A stretch of DNA of 64,000 nucleotides from a virus. Below, piece by piece: positions 40,530 through 50,270 of this stretch (the first letter of the stretch is position 1; every line of letters begins with the position of its first letter). The stretch lies in the IMG/VR virus record IMGVR_UViG_3300042397_002774, positions 64,001 to 128,000 of that record. One strand, given 5' to 3'. A model generated the notes under the pieces. The model saw only the letters and a program-made list of their open reading frames with translations, did no database searches and was not told the DNA's origin. Both the position numbers and the translations under genes were made by a program.

Positions 40530-41867
40530 TTAGAATGTACCGCCGTCTATAACATTAGTCATTGTCCAAGCGCTACCATCCCATTTAGCATATTGATCTG
40601 CAGCTGAAGGAGCAGTCATTGAAACTACTTCACTTGAAGCATTGCCATATATTAAAGCATTTGTTGTTAAAGAAGCTGCATTTTGAACTGCAATTCTTTT
40701 TTCTGATCCTAATGGACCTGCTATCCAGTAATCGTTTGTTGTATCCCAAAGTAATGAACCAGATACTGTATTTGGTGAGGTTGGATCTTTAACAACCAAA
40801 CCTGCATTTGTAGCACCAGTACCATTTAATGAAATTATATTATCACCAATTTCAACTGTTGTTGAGTTTACAATTGTTGAAGTACCACTTACTGTTAAAT
40901 TACCTCCAATTACTAAATTGTTTGCAAATGAAGCATTTGAACCACTTAAAGTTAATACTGTAGCTCCAGTACTTGATTTAATATCATTACCTGAAACTTG
41001 TAAATCACCTGAAATAGCTACATCAGAACCAGATAATGTGATTGCTGTACTTCCACCACTTGATTTAATATCATCACCACCTACTGTTAAATCACCACTA
41101 ATTGTTACATTATTTGGTAATCCGATAGTTATTGTTTGTCCTGAAATTGAAGTTTCAACTTCATTAGCTGTTCCTACAACTGATAAAGCTTGAGTTAATA
41201 AATCAACACTTCCTGAACCGCTATCTGATGTAATATCTAATTCAGTTACTAATCCAGTTAAACCAGCACCATTACCTACAAATGAACCACTAAATGAACC
41301 ACTAGCTGATGTAAATACACCTTGTTGAGCATAAATTGTTCTCCAACGTTTACTATTTGTACCTAAATCAAAAGCAATATCTACATCTGGTATGATGGAT
41401 GAACTAATATCAGCTCCGAATGTTACAAAATCTGTATTAGAATCACCAACTGTGATATTACCACCTAAAGTAATGTTACCATCAATTGTTGCGTTACCAC
41501 TTAAATATAAGTTAGAACCTGTAATTACACCTGTAGTAATACTTGAAGGAGTAATTGCACTTCCACTTACAGCACCTGCTAAGTCTAAACGAACATTACC
41601 AGCTGTTTTTAAAATGTAAAGATTTTTACTACCAGTTTCATAGAAAGAAACACCTTCTAATTGGCTATAGCTAGAAATATCTGGTGCAGAAGAACCATAA
41701 TATAATTGAGGGACTGCTTTGTAAGAGCTTGAATCTCCAACGAACAATACAGGGCCTACTAGGTTACCTATGGAGCCTGTACCTAATATAATTTCACCAG
41801 CATTTATTGGTGTTATATTACCGACGTTGGCTATCGAACCGCGACGGTGTTTAATTATTTGGGCCAT
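40530..41867 (-). CDS. Non-collagen fibre/whisker-like virion protein, 445 aa
   Basis: MAQIIKHRRGS...GEIILG (Mtd_N-like); repeated GDLTVGG/GNLTVSG beta modules; ends IDGGTF. Confidence 0.7.
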   Translation of the reverse strand: MAQIIKHRRGSIANVGNITPINAGEIILGTGSIGNLVGPVLFVGDSSSYKAVPQLYYGSSAPDISSYSQLEGVSFYETGSKNLYILKTAGNVRLDLAGAVSGSAITPSSITTGVITGSNLYLSGNATIDGNITLGGNITVGDSNTDFVTFGADISSSIIPDVDIAFDLGTNSKRWRTIYAQQGVFTSASGSFSGSFVGNGAGLTGLVTELDITSDSGSGSVDLLTQALSVVGTANEVETSISGQTITIGLPNNVTISGDLTVGGDDIKSSGGSTAITLSGSDVAISGDLQVSGNDIKSSTGATVLTLSGSNASFANNLVIGGNLTVSGTSTIVNSTTVEIGDNIISLNGTGATNAGLVVKDPTSPNTVSGSLLWDTTNDYWIAGPLGSEKRIAVQNAASLTTNALIYGNASSEVVSMTAPSAADQYAKWDGSAWTMTNVIDGGTF

Positions 41868-41903
41868 ACTTTTTATTTATAATTTAATGGAATTATGTCT
41901 ATT

Positions 41904-41911
41904 AATAAATA
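41904..41911 (-). promoter_or_regulatory. Putative late promoter motif
   Basis: tgtctattaataaatatta, same context as the 8573 copy. Confidence 0.55.
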
Positions 41912-41916
41912 TTAGA

Positions 41917-42177
41917 TTAGAACGTACCCAAGTCAACTGATTGAGGGGTTGTTTCGTCTCCTAAAGTATCTATATTATCTATTGTTAAAGATGCAGAAGA
42001 TATTCCAGGTTGATCATGTATTACAGCATCTCCATATATGGTTATTGCAGGGATTGATGATGTTTGTTGATAGAAGGTTGCTGAACCACTGGTTACAGTT
42101 AAATCACCTTCTATTACTAATGAACTCCCTGATAAGCTTAATGGAGATAATATTTGTTCTAATCTAATTCGTGACAT
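41917..42177 (-). CDS. Small virion-associated hypothetical protein
   Basis: SGS/SAS-rich; ends DLGTF, like the neighbour's DGGTF. Confidence 0.6.
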   Translation of the reverse strand: MSRIRLEQILSPLSLSGSSLVIEGDLTVTSGSATFYQQTSSIPAITIYGDAVIHDQPGISSASLTIDNIDTLGDETTPQSVDLGTF

Positions 42178-42184
42178 TTTTATA

Positions 42185-43417
42185 TTATATTATTTTACCT
42201 ATTACTATTATTTTATCTGCAGGTACAAATTCATATTCTAACAATGTAGGATTTATTGTTAATATTGAATTTGATCCTACAGTTTCAAATGATACAATTG
42301 CTGATAATGGTATGTAAAGGCTATTAGCAGTAAATGTAAAGTTTGATAATGTAGGAGCAGGAACTAATGATCCTTGTGGTGGGTTCAATATACTAACACC
42401 AGCAAATACTGCTTGGGTTGGTGTTACAGTTGTAGCTACTCTTGTATTATTTGTTTGTAAGTATTCAAGATCACTAGCTGCTACACTTACAAGAGTAATA
42501 TTAGTTGATCCTTCAACAAATGATGTACCACCACCTATATTTGGTCTAATTCCAATTGTTTGTACTTCTTCAGCATCACCTGTTGTAGTTTCTAAACCAA
42601 ATACAACTTGGGATTTTGAATAAAACATATCACTATTAGCTAATTCTTTATTAATAGAATCCGGAATTATATACCCATTTAATGTAATACTAAATGTTGT
42701 TTTTGCAATTCTATCATTATCTGATTCTACTGACACTGTTGTAGCAAATGAATCGATTTTAGATCTAAATTGAAAACGTTTTGGATCACCCCAATATGAA
42801 TCAGAAGCAAATTCTACAGCTTCAACAATTTTATTATTTTGTTCTACATAGTTTGTAAATATAATACATTCATATGTTACAGTAACGTAATCAGGTACTA
42901 CAGATACATAAAACTGAGATGATGGAACTTTATTTGTTAATATTGAAAATTTATCATAATGGTTTTTAGCATTATATTTTGTTTCAAATACTTGAAATAA
43001 ATGAGCTTTATTACCATCTATTTTATTACCTAAAGTTCTATTTTTTTCAACATTATTACGTCTGAATACTATAATAGGAACTCTAACTTTATTATTTGAA
43101 TCTCTTAAGAATCCATCCTGTTGTATTGATTTCCATCTTTCAGGAGAACCATATATTATAGGAACATTAATCATTTCCCCATCTTGGAAGACTTGAGGTT
43201 TGATTGTGTTGTTAAAATAATATATAATAGCTCCATCTAAGTCTTGTAAACCAATAGAAAAATCTTTTATTTTATCGTTTTTACGAGAAATTTCTTTAGC
43301 ACGATTTTGAGTAAAAGAAGTAGTAGAAACTGGCTTGCCTATTGATTTATCATAGGCTGTTATTTGTGACTGTGCAGCCTCAAATGGTTTTGTTGTTTCT
43401 ATAGATCTTTTTCTCAT
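42185..43417 (-). CDS. Tail terminator/sheath stabiliser (T4 gp15-like)
   Basis: VPIIYGSPERW...VPDYVTVTYECIIFT..VEQNNKIVE...FSITLNGYIIP; follows the neck genes. Confidence 0.7.
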   Translation of the reverse strand: MRKRSIETTKPFEAAQSQITAYDKSIGKPVSTTSFTQNRAKEISRKNDKIKDFSIGLQDLDGAIIYYFNNTIKPQVFQDGEMINVPIIYGSPERWKSIQQDGFLRDSNNKVRVPIIVFRRNNVEKNRTLGNKIDGNKAHLFQVFETKYNAKNHYDKFSILTNKVPSSQFYVSVVPDYVTVTYECIIFTNYVEQNNKIVEAVEFASDSYWGDPKRFQFRSKIDSFATTVSVESDNDRIAKTTFSITLNGYIIPDSINKELANSDMFYSKSQVVFGLETTTGDAEEVQTIGIRPNIGGGTSFVEGSTNITLVSVAASDLEYLQTNNTRVATTVTPTQAVFAGVSILNPPQGSLVPAPTLSNFTFTANSLYIPLSAIVSFETVGSNSILTINPTLLEYEFVPADKIIVIGKII

Positions 43418-43770
43418 TATATTCTACCTTGCTTTTCTAAAGCCATTAATTTATCTAAAGCATTCATCGCTCTAAATAATTGATTGTATAATTTACTAAT
43501 TTCTTTTGCTGTAGCAGCAATATCTGGATTTGTGGAGAAAGTGAATACATCAAATTCTCTTTTATTTTGAATAATATTTCTTTTAATACCATCAATTTTA
43601 GGTAGATTAATTACTTGAGAAGCAGACATTTCAGGACGATTTGGATCCTGAGGTAATGGGACTAAAAGTCTTCCTGTTTTGTATAATTCTCTTTTTTGAT
43701 CGGGAGTTAAGTCTGAAATAGTTACTTCAGGACTTCCCATAATTTCGTCTAATATATCTGTTAATTTCAT
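43417..43770 (-). CDS. Hypothetical, putative internal head protein
   Basis: N-terminal MKLTDILDE motif. Confidence 0.6.
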   Translation of the reverse strand: MKLTDILDEIMGSPEVTISDLTPDQKRELYKTGRLLVPLPQDPNRPEMSASQVINLPKIDGIKRNIIQNKREFDVFTFSTNPDIAATAKEISKLYNQLFRAMNALDKLMALEKQGRI

Positions 43771-43772
43771 AA

Positions 43773-44111
43773 TTAATATTGTCCTACTTTTTCAATTGTT
43801 TGTAATCTAGGTAAAAATTGTAATAAACCATCTACTTTATGAGTAGTTGATGCTGCAACTTTAATTTTTTGAATATCTTCTTCTGGTGTTGATGATACAA
43901 TATATTTTAATTTTAATAAAGCAAATTCAGCTACATTAGTTGCCTTTGCATCTAAAAAATCACTTTGTTGTACAGTTACAACTACAACTCCAGGAAGAGC
44001 TCTAACCTCATTATAAATCAATACTTGATTATAATTTGAATTAGTTTTTATCAATACTTCTATTTTGTATATAGATAAAATTTCGTTTAATATATTTTCT
44101 AGTTTTATCAT
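43773..44111 (-). CDS. Hypothetical, putative head protein (start re-called to MIKLENILNE)
   Basis: ATGA overlap with upstream stop at 44108-44111. Confidence 0.65.
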   Translation of the reverse strand: MIKLENILNEILSIYKIEVLIKTNSNYNQVLIYNEVRALPGVVVVTVQQSDFLDAKATNVAEFALLKLKYIVSSTPEEDIQKIKVAASTTHKVDGLLQFLPRLQTIEKVGQY

Positions 44112-44701
44112 GATTCTAATATATTTAATCTTGTCATTCTTGTTAAAGAACAATTCAAGATATATATAATAAGGTTGCCAGATGCATTTGCTGATTGAGC
44201 TGATACAGGTGATCCTGCAGCTGTATAAAACTGAGCATCTGTTGATGTTACTTCATAATATCTATCTCTATCAACTACTATATCTCCCACTTCTGGAGTA
44301 AAGTTAAATTGTTCAACTGTTAATTTTGGTATGCTTATTGTAATGTTTTGAGTAGGGTCGGAACCATAATCAGCATCTACATAAGATAAAGCAGTTCTTT
44401 CAATTAAACACTTTATTTCCATTGGAGGATAATACCATTTCTCCATTGACTCACCATACATATTAGCTACTGTATTATCTAAGTCACATTTAAAATACCC
44501 TACCTTCATACCAGCAAAATTAATTGCTTGTTGAACAGTAGCAGCTGCTTGACCACCAGGTCCTGGGGCAGGTGATGGTGGTGCAGGTGGAGGAGTTGGA
44601 CCTGAAGGAGCAGGGGATCCTACTCCACCTCCTTTTGGTGGAGATGGTATAAATGGAGCCTGTGAAACTGTTCCTCCTTCTTTTCTAATTCCTTTTTGCA
44701 T
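44108..44701 (-). CDS. Neck/head-closure protein (T4 gp14-like) with Pro-rich N-terminal extension
   Basis: NMYGES..KWYYPP.EIKCLI...PEVGDIV...YYEV; follows the gp13-like gene. Confidence 0.7.
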   Translation of the reverse strand: MQKGIRKEGGTVSQAPFIPSPPKGGGVGSPAPSGPTPPPAPPSPAPGPGGQAAATVQQAINFAGMKVGYFKCDLDNTVANMYGESMEKWYYPPMEIKCLIERTALSYVDADYGSDPTQNITISIPKLTVEQFNFTPEVGDIVVDRDRYYEVTSTDAQFYTAAGSPVSAQSANASGNLIIYILNCSLTRMTRLNILES

Positions 44702-46698
44702 TACTTAATATAAATTGGTAAAGGAATAGATGCTAAGGTATCTTTTAAGAAACCTGCTTCTTGTTGTTTTCTCTCAAGTTGACTCTTACGAGAAACTTCA
44801 TTTAACATTTCCTTTAATTCTAAGATTAAATCCTCTTTTTCTTTTCTAGCATCCGTAATCAATTCAGAACCATTTATCGGTCCTATACCTTGAATACTTG
44901 TACTAGAATATTGAATACGAATATGTGCTTCAACTTCCCTAGCTAATGCTAAAGTATACTTAAATATCCACATTCTACCAACGGTATTAATGTTCATATA
45001 TACAGGATTTCTGTAAGGAACATTCATTACATCAGTAACAACATTTTTTCTTCTATCTCTTAATATATTATTTTTATTGCTTTTTTTAACATATTCAAAG
45101 AATAAATTTAGATCAATAGAAGGTCTTGGGAATATTCTTAATTGGTTATTTTGTAATTCAAATGAATAACTAGCACGTCTAATAGTATCGTTTAATTCAA
45201 TGGATTGAATTTTCTGTAAGTCAAAATTCATAGGCATTAACAAGAAGTTAATACCAGGAGAAAACTGACCAAATCCAAATGTTTCAAGTAATGATTGAAC
45301 ACCAGTACCTGTACCAGCATATGGATCAAAATATCTTGCGATTGCTGGGGGTTGTTCATAATACACTCTTCTAACCTCGATTGTATCTCCAGGTTCTAAT
45401 GATTCAGAAACAGCAGCCCAAGCATTTAAATCATAATCTTGTTCTCCAGGAATTAATTTTAATGAACCCTTTTTAATATCATAACTACCACCCACATTAG
45501 CTTCAGCACCATAACCATCAGCAATAACTGATGTTATAGTTGTTAAGTTGTTGCTTAATACTTTATCATTAAATGTTTCTAAAGTAGTTTGAATATAAAC
45601 TGTTGGAATTTCACCATTTGAACCTGTAAATCTTGCACCATTACCCGCAATATTAGGAGTAGTAGTAAAGAAATAAATGTGAGAAAATCCTTCAGGAATT
45701 TCATAATTAGATCCTGATGTTACTCCTGTAAATTGAGCTGATGTTCCGTTAATTCTAAAATTAGTAATATTAGAATATGATAATGAAGAAGAAATATTTA
45801 AAGTTGTTGCAGTAGATCCTGTAGTAAATACCATATTAGTGCCAAATGAAGCAGAAGATACTGCTGTTAATTTAGCTGCTATGTTTGCTGCGGTTGCTGC
45901 AGGTGTACTTCCAGTTACAATATAAAAATTTGTACTAGTGTCAGGTAAACTACCAGAACCAATATTAAAAGTTGTAATAGTATTATTACTACCTGTTACA
46001 ACAAATGATGTTGAACCTGAGGTAATACTAACGCTAGCTGCATCCCATGATGAAGTAGTAGCATTGTAAAATGGTGTAACAACTGTTGCACCACCAGTTC
46101 TGTTAAATTGATTATATACAAATTGGCTCAAATCCATTATAAGATCACCAGGTCCTGTATATGTTGGGTCATTAAATCCAGATCCTAAAGTAAATGAGTT
46201 GATATAATTAAAATCAGGCGCGATAAAATCGTTTATAGAGGCGGAAATAACCCAGATCTCATTATCTACGATAGACGCTGAATAAGACTGATTAAAGTTT
46301 ACTTCAGCAAAATTCGCTGGTCTTGGAGCAGACCAAGATACCGGAGAACCAATATCATCACTTAATATATGTGTGTATCCTATATTTGAAAATGGAGAGG
46401 TTTCTGAACCTTCCATGTTAATATAGTTGTCTCTAATTTTGTATTGGTAAACTAAATTACCGTATGTAGTAACGGCTTCTTCAAATGCAGCATATACAGT
46501 TAAATCACTAATGTTCAATGTTGATAAACCTATACCTGTACCTAAACGTTGAGCAATATACTTAGCAGCACTCTTAGCATCACGTAAGAATTCAGGATCA
46601 TCAGTATAATATTCAAAAGGACAATTGCCTTTTACATTAGAAAGGTATGATACATCACCACCGTAATTATCATATAGTTGCATTAAGTTAATCGCCAT
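44701..46698 (-). CDS. Neck/head-tail adaptor (T4 gp13-like) with large Ser/Thr-rich insertion
   Basis: YIAQRLG...AAFEEAV N-terminus; WIFKYTLALARE...NGSELITDA..EKEDL..EL...PLPIYI C-terminus. Confidence 0.7.
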   Translation of the reverse strand: MAINLMQLYDNYGGDVSYLSNVKGNCPFEYYTDDPEFLRDAKSAAKYIAQRLGTGIGLSTLNISDLTVYAAFEEAVTTYGNLVYQYKIRDNYINMEGSETSPFSNIGYTHILSDDIGSPVSWSAPRPANFAEVNFNQSYSASIVDNEIWVISASINDFIAPDFNYINSFTLGSGFNDPTYTGPGDLIMDLSQFVYNQFNRTGGATVVTPFYNATTSSWDAASVSITSGSTSFVVTGSNNTITTFNIGSGSLPDTSTNFYIVTGSTPAATAANIAAKLTAVSSASFGTNMVFTTGSTATTLNISSSLSYSNITNFRINGTSAQFTGVTSGSNYEIPEGFSHIYFFTTTPNIAGNGARFTGSNGEIPTVYIQTTLETFNDKVLSNNLTTITSVIADGYGAEANVGGSYDIKKGSLKLIPGEQDYDLNAWAAVSESLEPGDTIEVRRVYYEQPPAIARYFDPYAGTGTGVQSLLETFGFGQFSPGINFLLMPMNFDLQKIQSIELNDTIRRASYSFELQNNQLRIFPRPSIDLNLFFEYVKKSNKNNILRDRRKNVVTDVMNVPYRNPVYMNINTVGRMWIFKYTLALAREVEAHIRIQYSSTSIQGIGPINGSELITDARKEKEDLILELKEMLNEVSRKSQLERKQQEAGFLKDTLASIPLPIYIK

Positions 46699-46719
46699 TA
46701 TTCACTAGTATTTGTCATG

Positions 46720-46727
46720 TATAAATA
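46720..46727 (-). promoter_or_regulatory. Putative late promoter motif
   Basis: ATATTTATA upstream of 46698. Confidence 0.6.
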
Positions 46728-46736
46728 TTGAATATA

Positions 46737-47405
46737 TTACTTCCCATATTCATAATCCAATATCTTACCAACTAGGTCCGATCTATGGTTTGTTGCTAAT
46801 TTAATCCACTGAATTTCTTCAATTTTTTTAGATAATTCAATAGCATATGATAATCCATTTAATTCACCTGTTGGGTTTTTAATATCAGTTTGTTCATTAT
46901 CCCCATTAATCACTATTTTACCGTTTTTACCCAAACGTGTTAATATAGCTAACATCTCACCTTTAGTTAGGTTTTGAGCTTCTTCAACAATTAAAATATC
47001 ATCAATTGTTTTACCACGAATAAACTGAACAGGTAATGCTTTAATTTTTTCGTCCTGTACCAATTTTGCAACTTCATTTTTATCAGAACAACATTTAGAT
47101 AAATTTTCTAATAGAGCTTCCATATATGGATCAAACTTTTCACTTAATGCTCCTGGTAAAAATCCTAAACTTTTACCTACCTCAACAGCAGCACGTGTAT
47201 TGTATATGCAATCTATTTGTTTTCTTTTAAGAAAATCTAATGCTGCTTGAGCACATACTAATGATTTTCCGCTCCCTGCTCTACCTGTTATTATAACAAT
47301 TTGGTTTTCTACTATTAATCGTTTTGCTTCTTTTTGTTCTTCATTTAATTGAACTGCGTTAATTGATTTAATTTCACTTTTGCGTTCGCGATTAGGTTCT
47401 CTCAT
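46737..47405 (-). CDS. phoH: PhoH-family ATPase (start re-called to MREPN)
   Basis: GRAGSGKS Walker A, LGFLPG, FIRGKTI, EEAQN, LTRLG, GDNEQTD, HRS. Confidence 0.92.
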   Translation of the reverse strand: MREPNRERKSEIKSINAVQLNEEQKEAKRLIVENQIVIITGRAGSGKSLVCAQAALDFLKRKQIDCIYNTRAAVEVGKSLGFLPGALSEKFDPYMEALLENLSKCCSDKNEVAKLVQDEKIKALPVQFIRGKTIDDILIVEEAQNLTKGEMLAILTRLGKNGKIVINGDNEQTDIKNPTGELNGLSYAIELSKKIEEIQWIKLATNHRSDLVGKILDYEYGK

Positions 47406-47427
47406 ATGTAACGGTTGTTTAATTTCC

Positions 47428-47435
47428 AATAAATA
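47428..47435 (-). promoter_or_regulatory. Putative late promoter motif
   Basis: ATATTTATT upstream of 47405. Confidence 0.5.
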
Positions 47436-47440
47436 TTAAT

Positions 47441-47470
47441 AAAAGAAGCCCGACCTTACGGGGTCGGGCT
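47441..47470 (-). terminator. Intrinsic terminator after major capsid gene
   Basis: AGCCCGACC/GGTCGGGCT stem plus TCTTTT. Confidence 0.85.
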
Positions 47471-47518
47471 CTTTATAACTATAATACTGAGACTATAGCG
47501 GGGTATTGTTTAATTAAA

Positions 47519-49111
47519 TTAAACAGTTTCTAAACCATGAACGATCACTTTACCATAGAATTCAGGACGAACCATTTTCTTAGCGTAACGAGTCATCAAA
47601 CCTTTACGTGGAGTAAATGTTGTTGGATCGTATACTAATGGAGTCATCATTACAGGGATGTAAGGAGCAAATACAGCACCAGTTTCTAAGAACTGAGCAC
47701 CTTTATAACCCATCAAGATGATGTTTTCAGTGAAGTAAGGGTTTTTGTAAACTTTGTAACGGCTGTTTAAAGAACCGATCTTTTGGATACCGAAATTGAA
47801 TTCAGCTTTATCACCATCACCATCAGAAGCAAATCCTGGGATTGATTCTAAGATAGTTGCAACAGTTGGAGATACTACTAAGAAGTTAGCACCACCACGT
47901 AATGTTAATTGGTGAATCTTGTTAGATACTTTTTGTAACTTAGTACCTAAAGTTTGGAACCAACCACCTTGAGTGTTGAAGAAAGTGTTTGTTAAAGAAG
48001 CGAAAGCGCTACCGTTCCAAGCTACGTTGTTCTGAGCTGACCAATATTCAGTAGTTGAAGTTGGTACGTTCTTGATCAACATTTCTAAGATTTCTAAATC
48101 GATTTCCATAGAGATGTATTGGCTCATCAAGCTAGTTAATTCAGCTTCAGCGTCGATTGAATGGTAAGCATTCAAATCTTGAGCGAATTCTGGAGTCCAT
48201 TGTGCTTTTAACTTACGAGTTTTAGCAACAACTGCTTCAGACTTCATGTTAACGTCTAATGAAGGGATAACGATTTGAGAAGCGCTGTTAGCGTTAGGTA
48301 CGCTGTAGTCAGCTCTGTCTTCGAAATCACCACGAGCGTTATCACGGTTAGCTTTATTGTAGAATAAAGTTACAGTACCGTGAGCTGGAGAACCAGTTGC
48401 GATGAAGATCATATCATTACCAGATACTTTAGTGTACTGAGGTAAGATTGTAGATTCGTCGAAGTTAGAACCACTAACGAAACAAGCTCTTGCAGCTTCT
48501 AAATCTTGGTCAGTTTGAGCAGCACCGTTAGTTACAGTGATTTTCTTTAAAGAACCTGTAGCTACAGTTGAATCGAAGTTAACGTCAGCTAACAATACAG
48601 AAGAAGTAGCTGCAGTTAAAGATGCAGAGAATTGGTTAATTGAATAACCGAATTTACCAACACCATATAAACCTTTAGTGATGTCAGTTGACTTTAAGTC
48701 AGCAGAAGCACCATATAAAGATCCAGCAAATGCTTTCTTATCAGTACCATACTTGAAATCAAGATAGAAGATAAGACCTGAAGGTAAGCTCATTGATTGA
48801 ACTGAAACGAATTCTTTAGCGCTGATATCACCGAACACACGGCGAACTAACGGTAAAGCAACTCCAGCCCAGTTTTCACCAAAACCACCAGCACCGAAAG
48901 TAGCAGCACCACCACCTAAACCAGTTTGGTTGCTTTCTACTACTAATTGCTTAGCTTGGTTTTCTAATAAGATAGCCATGTTGTTTTTCTCAACTTCGCC
49001 TTTAAGACCTTCCAAAAGGCCAGACTTAGCCCACTTAGAGACTAAGGTGTTAGCTGTATCCATTACACGAGCGTAAGGATTAGCTGATTCTAATAATTGT
49101 TGAATTTCCAT
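47519..49111 (-). CDS. Major capsid protein (T4 gp23-like)
   Basis: LLENQ, LPLVRR, VSVQSM..PSGLIFYL, AKTRKLKAQWTPEFAQDLNAYH.IDAEAEL, FAPYIP, FTPRKGLMTRYA. Confidence 0.96.
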   Translation of the reverse strand: MEIQQLLESANPYARVMDTANTLVSKWAKSGLLEGLKGEVEKNNMAILLENQAKQLVVESNQTGLGGGAATFGAGGFGENWAGVALPLVRRVFGDISAKEFVSVQSMSLPSGLIFYLDFKYGTDKKAFAGSLYGASADLKSTDITKGLYGVGKFGYSINQFSASLTAATSSVLLADVNFDSTVATGSLKKITVTNGAAQTDQDLEAARACFVSGSNFDESTILPQYTKVSGNDMIFIATGSPAHGTVTLFYNKANRDNARGDFEDRADYSVPNANSASQIVIPSLDVNMKSEAVVAKTRKLKAQWTPEFAQDLNAYHSIDAEAELTSLMSQYISMEIDLEILEMLIKNVPTSTTEYWSAQNNVAWNGSAFASLTNTFFNTQGGWFQTLGTKLQKVSNKIHQLTLRGGANFLVVSPTVATILESIPGFASDGDGDKAEFNFGIQKIGSLNSRYKVYKNPYFTENIILMGYKGAQFLETGAVFAPYIPVMMTPLVYDPTTFTPRKGLMTRYAKKMVRPEFYGKVIVHGLETV

Positions 49112-49136
49112 TTTTAAATGAATTTGTTTTTTATTT

Positions 49137-50270
49137 TTAATATTTTGTTATACCTGCTAACTTTTGGAATCTAGAAATTTGTTCGTTTGTTTCAACGATT
49201 TGTTTGCTAGGTGCATTGCCAGCTGGTTTTGAAGCGAATCCTTTAATGATTCCTTCTTTTACCATACCTTTAGAAGTTTCTTTAGCTTCTAGAGACTCAT
49301 TAAGAGCTTCGAATACTAATTTAGCTTCGTTTGGTGTTGATGCTTTATCAAAGGCGTTAATTACTTTGATTTTGTTGTCTTCTGATAAGTTTTTAGCTTT
49401 GAAGATCTTGTTAACATATAATAACTTAGCGTTTAATAAGTTAACTTCATTCAATTCGTTACGTAAAGTTTTGATTGTAGCAACTGCTTCATCTAATTCT
49501 TTTTCGTCTTTTTTAGCTTTCTTAGCTTCATCTACTACATCTTCAGTTGCTTCGTTTTCGTCTAAAGCATCTAATTCAGCTAATAGTTCTTCTAAGTTGA
49601 TTTCATCTTCTGAAGATTCAGTTTCTTCTTCAGTACCATCTAATTCAACAGCATCATCTCCCATCATTTCTTCTTCATCTTCTGCACCTTCAGCGCCTAA
49701 TTCAGAATCTACGATGTCTTTGATAATGTCTTTTAAATCTTCAATAGATAAATCAGCTACTGATGTTTCTTCTTCAGATGTTTCATCTTCCATTTCTTCT
49801 TCAGTTTCTTCTTTACCTTCTCTCATACCAGAAGCGGCTGCGGCTCCTAATTTTTCTAATTCAGCATATGCCTTCTTAGCCATAGGTCCACCCTTCTTAA
49901 TAAGAGATTTAATACCGTTGATGATGTTTTCTAAACCAGCACCAGCTGCATTTGATGGATCATATCCACTGCTTGCTCCGGTTACTTCGTCGATTTCTTC
50001 ATCAGAACCTTCTTCAAGTTCTAATTCAGCTAAAAACTCGTCTAAATTCAACTCTTCTTCCATGTTTTCTTCATTGAAAGTTTCTACTTCTTCGATTTCT
50101 TCTTTAACATCTTCATCATCTTTTGCCATTTCTTCTAATTTAGAAGCTAACATAGATTGTAAATGAGGAGTTAAAGTTTCTTCAAGAGCAGCTTTTGCAT
50201 TAACTAACGCAGCTTCGCGAATAGTTTTTGCTTCAGCAATTGCTTGCTTAAATAATTCTTTGTTTGTCAT
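49137..50270 (-). CDS. Prohead core scaffolding protein
   Basis: Highly acidic coiled coil directly upstream of capsid; LNEVNLLNAKLLY. Confidence 0.8.
   Translation of the reverse strand: MTNKELFKQAIAEAKTIREAALVNAKAALEETLTPHLQSMLASKLEEMAKDDEDVKEEIEEVETFNEENMEEELNLDEFLAELELEEGSDEEIDEVTGASSGYDPSNAAGAGLENIINGIKSLIKKGGPMAKKAYAELEKLGAAAASGMREGKEETEEEMEDETSEEETSVADLSIEDLKDIIKDIVDSELGAEGAEDEEEMMGDDAVELDGTEEETESSEDEINLEELLAELDALDENEATEDVVDEAKKAKKDEKELDEAVATIKTLRNELNEVNLLNAKLLYVNKIFKAKNLSEDNKIKVINAFDKASTPNEAKLVFEALNESLEAKETSKGMVKEGIIKGFASKPAGNAPSKQIVETNEQISRFQKLAGITKY

Noticed and set aside
49204-50166. 320-aa plus-strand Ser-rich ORF
   Set aside because: Antisense mirror of the Glu-rich scaffold gene.
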